Positions 18,634 through 26,559 of a DNA stretch of 29,452 nucleotides are shown here, in pieces. The notes beneath the pieces were generated by a model, which did no database searches, had not been told where the DNA came from, and was given only the letters and a program-made list of their open reading frames with translations. Source of the stretch: a virus (Duplodnaviria > Caudoviricetes); IMG/VR virus record IMGVR_UViG_3300020308_000006, positions 1-29,452 of that record; one strand, 5' to 3'. Position 1 is the stretch's first letter, and each line of letters begins with the position of its first letter. The position numbers and the translations under genes are program-made.

Positions 18634-19187
18634 TGGCTAACGAACTTCTTGGAATTGCAAAAGCCGACGGTAGCGCTATTACTTTAACTGTTTCTAGTAT
18701 CCCTCAAACGCACAAAGATTTAGAAATCTTTTTTACAGGAACTATAAATTATACCGGTAGCACTTTTTATACCGATGATTTCTATGTGAACACTGTGGAT
18801 ACTAACGCTAATTATGATATCCAGCGGATTGCTTGGTATAACGCAGGGGGCTCTTACACGAATAATGCTGTTGCCTCAGGTCACGGTTATAGCAACGCAG
18901 CAAATTATTGTCCATCTATGGGGATTACTGATACCGGGCAAGGTGGAGGAAACGGTAATTGGATGACAGTTTATTTACCTGAATACACTGATACTTCTGG
19001 TTATCAACAAATACTTTATGAGTGTGGCGGAATAAAAAATTCTAATGCTTGGGCAGCAAGCTGGGGAACTGCTTACAAATATGGTGAAACTGCTGCTACA
19101 ACAAGTGTTTCTGTAAAGAACTCTGGTAATCATATTTATCAAGCAGGCAGTTCTTTGCTTGTTTATGGAATAGATAGGACTGTATAA
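18633..19187 (+). CDS. Putative receptor-binding tip protein, paralog 3 (184 aa)
   Basis: TLTVSSIPQTHKDLEI ... AATTSVSV..YQAGSSLLVYG; TAATG-coupled. Confidence 0.55.
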   Translation: MANELLGIAKADGSAITLTVSSIPQTHKDLEIFFTGTINYTGSTFYTDDFYVNTVDTNANYDIQRIAWYNAGGSYTNNAVASGHGYSNAANYCPSMGITDTGQGGGNGNWMTVYLPEYTDTSGYQQILYECGGIKNSNAWAASWGTAYKYGETAATTSVSVKNSGNHIYQAGSSLLVYGIDRTV

Positions 19188-19188
19188 A

Positions 19189-19410
19189 ATGAAAGTTATC
19201 GAGTTTGATTGTTTAACTCAAACCCAAACTGTACGGGATATGACAGCAGTAGAAATTGTTGAATCTGACGCTCTTGCTGTTCAGGCAGCAGAGCGTAAAG
19301 CCGAAGAAGAAGCTGCTGCTGAAAAAGCTGCTGCGGATAAAGCGTCAGGTAATCAGAAACTTAAAGATCTTGGTTTAACTGACGACGAAATCGCTGCGCT
19401 TACTAGTTAA
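19189..19410 (+). CDS. Small helical fibre-associated / assembly protein (73 aa)
   Basis: RDMTAVEI...Ala/Glu helix...KLKDLGLTDDEIAAL, a pattern that commonly follows fibre tip genes; AGGA SD. Confidence 0.55.
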   Translation: MKVIEFDCLTQTQTVRDMTAVEIVESDALAVQAAERKAEEEAAAEKAAADKASGNQKLKDLGLTDDEIAALTS

Positions 19411-19418
19411 GGATTGTT

Positions 19419-20966
19419 ATGCCGTTAGGAGCTTTTAAAGTAGCGTTGTTTGGCGCAGGTTCTGGTTCGTCTGACACATTTATTGCTGAAGTACATGCAA
19501 ATACCGCAGAATCATACTCTGCTGATAGCCGTACTATTGCTGGTTTAGCAGTTGATGGTTCAGACAATGTTTATTTGGCTGGGTATACGAACAGTAATAC
19601 TACAGGCGGTTATGAAACTTGGTTCATCAAAACTGATGCACTTTTTTCTGACTTCACGATTGACAGAGTTTCTAACACTAGCGCTACGGAACAAGGTAAC
19701 TGGTATTGCCAAGATTTGTATAACACCAGAACAGCAGGAAGTTCAACTGATCAAATTTGGTGGGGTGGACAAGTACCAAACGTAAGTCCTGAAATACCTC
19801 GATGGTGTGCCACAATGAAATCGGATTTGAGTGAAGAAACCGATACCTTTGGTGGCTTTATGTGGTATTACAACACATGGCCTTTTGATGCAAGTGGCAA
19901 CTATACCGGCGCTCCAGATCAAGGTGTCATTGTTTCTAGTGATTCCAACTTTGTTGCAGGTTCATCTAACCTTCAAGAAAATAAACAAAGTTATCAAAGA
20001 GCTACGTTTCAAACTGTATTTTCAAAAAGCAGTACTGAATACGCAATTAGTTACGGTAAAAGCTATACACCGGGATGGTTTCAAACTAGTTGGCCGACTG
20101 GGGTTTGGTTCAGAGCTACTGGTGATACAACTTCCGAATGGACTGCCCAAGATTTCTATTTTGGGACACAAATTTCTAGCTATGGCAGTAACGGGTGTCA
20201 ACTTTACAGACGTTATGGCGGCGGTCACGGCTCAGAAGATAGCCATAATTACTACCCGAGCACAGGAACTATTAATGGGAGATTTGATGTAACTGGTAGA
20301 GGAGATTACCTTTACTTGCAATGCCAAAACCTTGGTGATAGTTCAACTCATTTATGTAAAATTAATGAGTTTGGTACGTCTAGTGGCGATATTGTTTGGT
20401 CACGAGAAACATATAGAAGTGGTCAAAATGGTCAACAGGGGTACCACACAAAACCAATAATTGATTCAAACGACAATGTTTGGCAAACCCATACTTATCA
20501 ATACGCTGAAGGTTCCGTAAACCGAATGGGAACAATATTGTATAGGTACAACAGCAGCGGCACACTTGATCGTTGTTACGATTTACGGCAAGCGACAGAT
20601 ATTACTGAAGCTAACAACTACATCTTTCCTACACAGCTAGGCTTAAATTCCACTGAAGAAATAATTTACATGGCGTTTGGTGCTTACGCAGATGGCACAA
20701 CAAACAGTGGCGCTTATGTAATGGCAGTCAAAACAGATGGTTCCACGACGGGTACTGCAACTCTTGGTACTGGGTCTGGCCCTGCTGTAGAAGATACGAC
20801 GTGGGTTCTAACTTCAGATACATCGTACGCTGTAAGCTCAACTTCGGATTGGACTAAGGCTTCTACAAGCGGTGTTTCTTGGGGAACTATTACACCGAAT
20901 CAATTCCAAAGCATAACTGCGACAACAACAGCTAAAACAGGCGAAATCACGTTAGGCGCTTTCTGA
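19419..20966 (+). CDS. Putative receptor-binding beta-propeller protein (515 aa)
   Basis: MPLGAFK leader; blade-like motifs LAVDGSDNVYLAG, IIDSNDNVW, LYRYNSSGTL, SGDIVWSR; Ser/Thr/Tyr/Trp-rich. Confidence 0.6.
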   Translation: MPLGAFKVALFGAGSGSSDTFIAEVHANTAESYSADSRTIAGLAVDGSDNVYLAGYTNSNTTGGYETWFIKTDALFSDFTIDRVSNTSATEQGNWYCQDLYNTRTAGSSTDQIWWGGQVPNVSPEIPRWCATMKSDLSEETDTFGGFMWYYNTWPFDASGNYTGAPDQGVIVSSDSNFVAGSSNLQENKQSYQRATFQTVFSKSSTEYAISYGKSYTPGWFQTSWPTGVWFRATGDTTSEWTAQDFYFGTQISSYGSNGCQLYRRYGGGHGSEDSHNYYPSTGTINGRFDVTGRGDYLYLQCQNLGDSSTHLCKINEFGTSSGDIVWSRETYRSGQNGQQGYHTKPIIDSNDNVWQTHTYQYAEGSVNRMGTILYRYNSSGTLDRCYDLRQATDITEANNYIFPTQLGLNSTEEIIYMAFGAYADGTTNSGAYVMAVKTDGSTTGTATLGTGSGPAVEDTTWVLTSDTSYAVSSTSDWTKASTSGVSWGTITPNQFQSITATTTAKTGEITLGAF

Positions 20967-21274
20967 TGTTGAACATTGTTTACATGGACACAGATGGCAA
21001 TTACCCACGACATTCAGGGGATATTCAAGCTGCTCATCCAGATTGGAATGTAGGAGATCCTTTACCAGCCGAGTGGCGTGCTGTCGAAGTTGACGATTGC
21101 CCCGAAACTGTTGTGACTTATCCTGAAGATGCGTCTGACGAAAACCCTTTGCCTCCCTTGACTTACCAAAAGTTAGTTCGAGAAGCCCCTGTTTATAACG
21201 CTGAATTAGATAAATGGACGCAAGGCTGGAGTGTAGAAACTCTTGATTGGGACACATTAGATGAAACTGATTGA
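20966..21274 (+). CDS. Putative fibre assembly chaperone-like protein (102 aa)
   Basis: TGATG-coupled to the propeller gene; acidic; YPRH.GD..PDW..GDPLP.EW and P....WTQGWSV pattern seen after fibre genes. Confidence 0.5.
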   Translation: MLNIVYMDTDGNYPRHSGDIQAAHPDWNVGDPLPAEWRAVEVDDCPETVVTYPEDASDENPLPPLTYQKLVREAPVYNAELDKWTQGWSVETLDWDTLDETD

Positions 21275-22073
21275 TGCCCCCGGCAAAGTTAACACTGGAC
21301 GACCACTCAAACCGTTCGGAATAGTTGTTCACCACACTGCTTCAAACCGTAACGCAGACCCAGACAACGTAATCGCAATGTGTGTACGAGGAGTCAACAA
21401 AGTCCCCGGACCTTTGTACAACTACATCATCAAACGTGATGGCACCATTGTTAAGTTAACTGCTGAGAACGTGAAAGCTAACCACGCTGGACGAGGGTTA
21501 CAAGCTGTGTTGACACGGATGCAGCAGAATAACCCTGTTACTGGTGACGCTACAAGCCCCGGTAAAATTAGCGCTAACTCTCGTTTAATAGGTGTTTCTC
21601 TTATTAATGACGGGTTAGGGGAAGACATACCCGAGACTCAGATGGACGCACTTGTAGAGTTGTGCGCTTTTCTGTGTGACGGGCATAACTGGAACCCTGA
21701 CTGTGCTGTGATAGGTCACAAAGAATGGACTTCACGCAAAGTAGATCCTTCGTTTTCAATGAGTGAACTACGAGGAATGATCCAGCGACGCATGGTAACT
21801 AGCAGTCCTGTAATGACTTTGCCTAAAGAACCAGAAGATGGACTTGTTCCGTTCCCCGGAACACTCCGTAAGGGCTCACGTAGCCAAGCAGTTGTTCATG
21901 TTCAACGAGTAGTGGGAGCTTTAGCCGACGGAATATTTGGGCGTGGTACACTCGCCAAAGTAAAACAATGGCAACGGGTTAAAGGACTTGTTGCAGATGG
22001 CATCGTTGGTCCAAAGACTTGGGCGGCTATGCAGATACGGAGACAAGAAGTTGTTCAACCAGCGTTTTATTAA
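21261..22073 (+). CDS. Endolysin: N-acetylmuramoyl-L-alanine amidase (Amidase_2) with a C-terminal peptidoglycan-binding domain
   Basis: IVVHHTAS, ANHAG, VIGHKEW..RKVDP zinc-amidase motifs; LRKGSR..V..VQ..ADGIFG..T..V..WQ..GLVADGIVGPKTW is PG_binding_1-like. Confidence 0.92.
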   Translation: MKLIDAPGKVNTGRPLKPFGIVVHHTASNRNADPDNVIAMCVRGVNKVPGPLYNYIIKRDGTIVKLTAENVKANHAGRGLQAVLTRMQQNNPVTGDATSPGKISANSRLIGVSLINDGLGEDIPETQMDALVELCAFLCDGHNWNPDCAVIGHKEWTSRKVDPSFSMSELRGMIQRRMVTSSPVMTLPKEPEDGLVPFPGTLRKGSRSQAVVHVQRVVGALADGIFGRGTLAKVKQWQRVKGLVADGIVGPKTWAAMQIRRQEVVQPAFY

Positions 22074-22254
22074 AGATACTTTAGAACGTGCTGTCGCTAC
22101 TTTCGCTCAGGCGTGGGTAGCTGCTATGGCAGTTCCCGGTCCAGATTGGATGGACTCATTGAAAGTTGCAGGGGTTGCAGCCCTTGTTGCTATGGGTAAA
22201 GCTGTTGCTGCTCGAAAAGTGGGAGATCCTGAAACAGCCTCAGTTACTAGCTAG
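22051..22254 (+). CDS. Holin, r1t-like family (67 aa from a TTG start)
   Basis: FIKDTLERAVATFAQAWVA...DW..SL.VAGVAALVAMGK with two hydrophobic segments; GGAG at 22039-22042, 8 nt before the in-frame TTG at 22051; overlaps the endolysin end by 23 nt. Confidence 0.85.
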   Translation: MFNQRFIKDTLERAVATFAQAWVAAMAVPGPDWMDSLKVAGVAALVAMGKAVAARKVGDPETASVTS

Positions 22255-22271
22255 AAAGATGAGGCTGTCCG

Positions 22272-23330
22272 GTGCCGTCCCCTGCTGTCAATCCGTACAA
22301 CAAAGATGAGATTGAATACCAAGAGCCGGGGTTCGACTACGCCCCAAAATATCCGGGCACTTACGACTATAACGAAAGTGGCATTCAATATAGAGAAGCC
22401 AACTTTCCTTACCAGAAACGTGATGCAACTGTATTTGCTAGCACGGTTGCGTGTTCAGCAGATTTAGCGCCTACGTTTGTATACGTTTATACACCTAAAC
22501 GTCCGGGCGGCGTAGCGTATAGGTCAGGTTATGACTACAACAAGACCGGGTTCGATTACAACGAACGTGACACCTCGGTATCCGACAACCGTGTCTTGGT
22601 GGATTACAGCCAGTCGGGTGTTAGTTATTCTCAGTCTGCCGATGTTGGTCATACTGTGGCGGCGATTGCGACGCCACCCACAATCGGTGTTACGACGACG
22701 TTTTCGGCAAGCCCGTCGGTCCCGGCAACGGTTACTCTTGGATCAGCAATTGAGTGTCCAGTTGTAATTATTCCGGGGGTTGAAGCACAAACAATTGTTG
22801 TTGATGGTGGCACTACAGTACCAGCAGCTATACCTGATGTTACTTCTGAAGCGATCGTTCTTCCCGACGAAGTTGCGGCAGCAGCTACTGTTGGTGATAC
22901 TGTCACTCTTTACATTACGGTTGACGCTGCACAAGATGACTCGCTTGAAAGAACTGCGACAATACCAGCAGTTACACCAAGCAGTAATTACACAGCATTG
23001 CCAGACGCTATCGCTGCTACAAGTTCAATATCTGTTGTCACTATGTACCAGTTAGTTGTAATACCTACTGAAAATATTGTGCCTTCTGTTGGTCGAAGAG
23101 AAGACGCTTCACCTGCTGCGTATGCTTTAATGCGTCACTATAGTCCCGGCGCTAGAGGAGATAATATATTTATTATCAATGGGACTACTGTTCAAAGTTA
23201 TTTACCTGCTGATTGGGGCACAGTCACACGGTGGATATACGGCGGACACGAAAGCCCAAAAGATTTAACAACAGAAGAAGAATCCGTTTTACTTGCAGCG
23301 GGTTATTCATTCAGAGTAGGACCAGAATAA
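22272..23330 (+). CDS. Virion structural protein with Tyr-periodic motifs and ~21-aa beta-strand repeats (352 aa)
   Basis: GTG start with GAGG SD; Y-x6-Y-x6-Y motifs in aa 9-119; imperfect repeats in aa 131-257; C-terminal YGGH..T.EE..L.AAGY domain. Confidence 0.6.
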   Translation: MPSPAVNPYNKDEIEYQEPGFDYAPKYPGTYDYNESGIQYREANFPYQKRDATVFASTVACSADLAPTFVYVYTPKRPGGVAYRSGYDYNKTGFDYNERDTSVSDNRVLVDYSQSGVSYSQSADVGHTVAAIATPPTIGVTTTFSASPSVPATVTLGSAIECPVVIIPGVEAQTIVVDGGTTVPAAIPDVTSEAIVLPDEVAAAATVGDTVTLYITVDAAQDDSLERTATIPAVTPSSNYTALPDAIAATSSISVVTMYQLVVIPTENIVPSVGRREDASPAAYALMRHYSPGARGDNIFIINGTTVQSYLPADWGTVTRWIYGGHESPKDLTTEEESVLLAAGYSFRVGPE

Positions 23331-23740
23331 TGCCAATTTATAGTTACCGTTGTCTCGATTGTGGGTTGTCACATGACATTCGTCATGGTTTTAACGAAAC
23401 CTACGACGGGGTTTGCGAAGGATGTTCGGGGGTAGTTCGTAAATACTTCGGTACTGTGCATGTTTCTGCTTCTGCTACCCCTACAAGAGGTGTGCATGAT
23501 GGAAAAACGATCGATTGGGCTGGGAGTAAAGTTAAAGAAAGAGCCAAAGAAAAAGATATGGACGCCTATAAACGACTCAGATCTGAAGGTTTTCAGCCCC
23601 GTGCTATTGACGGGTCTGCCAACCTTGAAACACGTGCTGGGTCATCCTACGAAATCGAGTCGGGGTATCTTCTTCAAGGGGAAAAGTCGGAAAAGAAACG
23701 TAAAGAACGTGCCCTTAATGACCTTCTTGGGAGTCCCTAA
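23330..23740 (+). CDS. FmdB-family zinc-ribbon protein (136 aa)
   Basis: The true start is likely the TAATG-coupled ATG at 23330: MPIYSYRCLDCG...CEGCSG matches the MPxYxYxCxxCG...CxxC FmdB/Zn-ribbon_8 pattern. Confidence 0.8.
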   Translation: MPIYSYRCLDCGLSHDIRHGFNETYDGVCEGCSGVVRKYFGTVHVSASATPTRGVHDGKTIDWAGSKVKERAKEKDMDAYKRLRSEGFQPRAIDGSANLETRAGSSYEIESGYLLQGEKSEKKRKERALNDLLGSP

Positions 23741-24636
23741 TGACCGTTCAAAAATGGATTGACGAGACAAGAGACATGCTGCTTTCTGGGTATGTCGAAG
23801 AACTACTTCAGTTAGCTTCCGATGCTTCCTCTTCAGCAACATCTGTTTTTGTTACTGGTGCAGACAACTCGGGCATTGTAGCTGGTGTTGTTATTGAAAT
23901 AGATTTAGAAGCAATGTATGTGACCAGTGTTACTGGTACACAAGTAAATGTTATTAGAGGGTACGGTAATTCAGATCCAGCAGGACATACGGCTGGAGAT
24001 GTTGTAAGAACCTCACCTAAGTTTCCTGCATACAGAATTTTTGACGCTTTAAACGATGAACTACGTGATTTGTCTTCACCAGACAACGGTATTTTTCAAA
24101 TGAAAAGCTTACAAAGCATTACATACAATGCGGCTAAACAAGGCTATGACTTAACTGGATTAACAAACGAAGAAGTCCAATCAATTTATTCGATTACTTA
24201 TGCTGATCCAGTAGTAGTAGAAGCAAGAGAACCTGCTATACGCAAATGGGATTTAAAACGAGACAGAGCCACTAGTTCTTTCGCTAGTGGGATGGCTCTT
24301 GTTTTATATCAAGATGCATTTCCCGGTAAAAAATTAAACATTAGTTATAAATCGCCTTTAACAGCAATCACTGCAACATCTAATGCAAAATCAACTACTG
24401 GTTTACAAAACACTGCATTTGATTTGCCACCATTAGGCGCAGCGTTAGCCTTAATGAGCACTACTCCTATTAGACGTGAGTTTATTGACGCACAAGGAAG
24501 TCACCGACGAGCAGAAGAGGTACCACCCGGTGCGATCTCAGCTTCAATGCGAGATCTTAGATTGCGTAAAGAAATGCGAGTAGCTTCAGAAGCCGCACGG
24601 CTTGCAGCTATGTACCCTCAACACTACAAAAGCTAA
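23740..24636 (+). CDS. Head-tail adaptor / tail tubular protein A-like (298 aa)
   Basis: Helical N- and C-termini around beta domains (RGYGNS.PAGHTAGDVV insert); directly precedes the nozzle-like gene. Inferred from synteny. Confidence 0.55.
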   Translation: MTVQKWIDETRDMLLSGYVEELLQLASDASSSATSVFVTGADNSGIVAGVVIEIDLEAMYVTSVTGTQVNVIRGYGNSDPAGHTAGDVVRTSPKFPAYRIFDALNDELRDLSSPDNGIFQMKSLQSITYNAAKQGYDLTGLTNEEVQSIYSITYADPVVVEAREPAIRKWDLKRDRATSSFASGMALVLYQDAFPGKKLNISYKSPLTAITATSNAKSTTGLQNTAFDLPPLGAALALMSTTPIRREFIDAQGSHRRAEEVPPGAISASMRDLRLRKEMRVASEAARLAAMYPQHYKS

Positions 24637-24638
24637 CA

Positions 24639-26552
24639 ATGGCTTTTAACTCCGAGTATCTTCCCGTCGAATTAAACGGTGTGTCATATGCAGTAGACAC
24701 ATCTAACTACAGACGTACAACAATACCTGTTGCCCGTCAACAACGAGACAACAGTCGTGAGCCCGGAGAAAATACGCTTGACACTACTGGCGCATGGGTA
24801 CGCTCACAAACTGACTGGTCATACGGAGCAGGCCAACTTTATATTGACAACGAAGACTCAGATAGACGACGCTTTTATTCATCAGATGGCATTGACATAT
24901 GGACTAAAGGTCAAATCACGTTGCTGCCTATCACTGAGGATGCAGCATCTAGCCAAACATTCGGCACAGAAAACTTAATAGTAAAACGATTTATTAATAG
25001 CACGTCAGGCGCAGAATATATTTACGTTGCTTCAGACGGTGAAGTCTTTTATAGCGCCGACAACGGAGCTAATTGGTCAACGTTTAGTGTAACAAACAAC
25101 ATTACGAGTCTTACATCCGACGGAACATCTGTTTATATAGGTCGAGATACCACTAACACACCACAAAAAGTACCAATAGATAGTACTTCTGCAAGCGCAT
25201 ACGGCACAGAAACACCAGACTTACTTGCAGTAGTAGCCGGTCGAATGATTGGCGCACAAAACAACAGCATTTATGAACTAGATGCAGCAGGTGCTAAAGC
25301 GTCATCATCACTTGACTACTCACTACCGTTTTCATCGAGCACATGGGTATCGATAACAGCAGCAGCTAACGGAATTTATGCTGCTGCAAACACTGACAAC
25401 ACTGGATCGATTTACTACGTCGGTGTAAATAATGCTGACGGCACGTTACGCACACCAACAATCGCTGGTTCATTACCAAGAAATGAAACAATAAACGAAA
25501 TAGTTTCTTATGCTGGGCTCTTAGGGATAGGCACAAGCAAAGGTTTCCGCTTAGGTTTAATTAACCAACAATCATCTGGCATAACAATAGGTCCATGCAT
25601 AGACACAGGCGGTGAAGCGTTTGCGTTAGAAGCAGACGGCCAATACATGTGGTGGGGTTGCGACAACGCTCAAACTTACCGTGCAAATTTAGCTTTGTTT
25701 ACAGATACTTTAGTGCCAGCGTACGCAGCCGATTTAAAAATGGCAGGCACAATCGTAGCAAGCGACAAAGTTGTAGGACTAGCACGGTTAAGTAATTCAA
25801 AATTGTTTTTAGGTGTCAACAAAACATCTGGTGCAAGCAAACTATTTAGAGAAAGTTTGACAGGAGAGAAGTTAACAACTGGTTCTTTAATCGCAGGGGA
25901 ATGCACATGGTCAACAGTTGTGCCTAAGTTGTTACGTTCAGGGACAATTGACCTTGACCGTTCACAATACGAACGAGCTAAAACAGCATACCGAACAACA
26001 ACTGGGTATACAGCTTCAACTCCTTACACATTAGGTGCACCAACTACTGAAGCTGCTGGCAAGATACGTTTGAAAGCAGTAAACAGTAGCAACACAGCAG
26101 TATACATACCTAGCTCAACGGGTTCATTGGATACTGGTGAACCACAGACGTTTACTTTTCCTTCTGATGAACTAACTGCTATTTCTTATGATTTAACTGT
26201 CGAAATAGATCGTTCATCTACTAACAGTGCAGTATCACCTATATGCCATGACTGGCAATTAACTGCTGTCGCTGTCCCTAAACGCATAGACGAAATAGTT
26301 TTGCCAATAGTTTTGCGGCAAGAAATTAAAACAGCACGAGGCTCAGGCAAAAACCAACGACTAGATGCTAAAGAAACATTTGATTCTCTTCGAGCAGACA
26401 TGGATTCAGGTTTATCTATGACTTACAAAGAAGGAGATCGCACCGACACAGTAACAATCGAACGTTTAGAAATGCAATCTGAACGGTTATCCGACGATGG
26501 TGGCTGGTGGGAAGGTACTCTTTTAGTAAGACTTTTAACAGTCCCAAGCTAG
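24639..26552 (+). CDS. Tail nozzle / tail tubular protein B-like beta-propeller protein (637 aa)
   Basis: W.RSQTDWSYGAGQ..D...RF..S.GIDIW.KGQITLL N-terminus followed by repeated beta blades; size and position fit a podovirus nozzle. Confidence 0.6.
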   Translation: MAFNSEYLPVELNGVSYAVDTSNYRRTTIPVARQQRDNSREPGENTLDTTGAWVRSQTDWSYGAGQLYIDNEDSDRRRFYSSDGIDIWTKGQITLLPITEDAASSQTFGTENLIVKRFINSTSGAEYIYVASDGEVFYSADNGANWSTFSVTNNITSLTSDGTSVYIGRDTTNTPQKVPIDSTSASAYGTETPDLLAVVAGRMIGAQNNSIYELDAAGAKASSSLDYSLPFSSSTWVSITAAANGIYAAANTDNTGSIYYVGVNNADGTLRTPTIAGSLPRNETINEIVSYAGLLGIGTSKGFRLGLINQQSSGITIGPCIDTGGEAFALEADGQYMWWGCDNAQTYRANLALFTDTLVPAYAADLKMAGTIVASDKVVGLARLSNSKLFLGVNKTSGASKLFRESLTGEKLTTGSLIAGECTWSTVVPKLLRSGTIDLDRSQYERAKTAYRTTTGYTASTPYTLGAPTTEAAGKIRLKAVNSSNTAVYIPSSTGSLDTGEPQTFTFPSDELTAISYDLTVEIDRSSTNSAVSPICHDWQLTAVAVPKRIDEIVLPIVLRQEIKTARGSGKNQRLDAKETFDSLRADMDSGLSMTYKEGDRTDTVTIERLEMQSERLSDDGGWWEGTLLVRLLTVPS

Positions 26553-26559
26553 GGGAACC

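Noticed and set aside
17462-20966. Diversity-generating retroelement or invertible shufflon acting on the tip genes
   Set aside because: No reverse transcriptase, recombinase, template/variable repeat pair or inverted cassette in the window.
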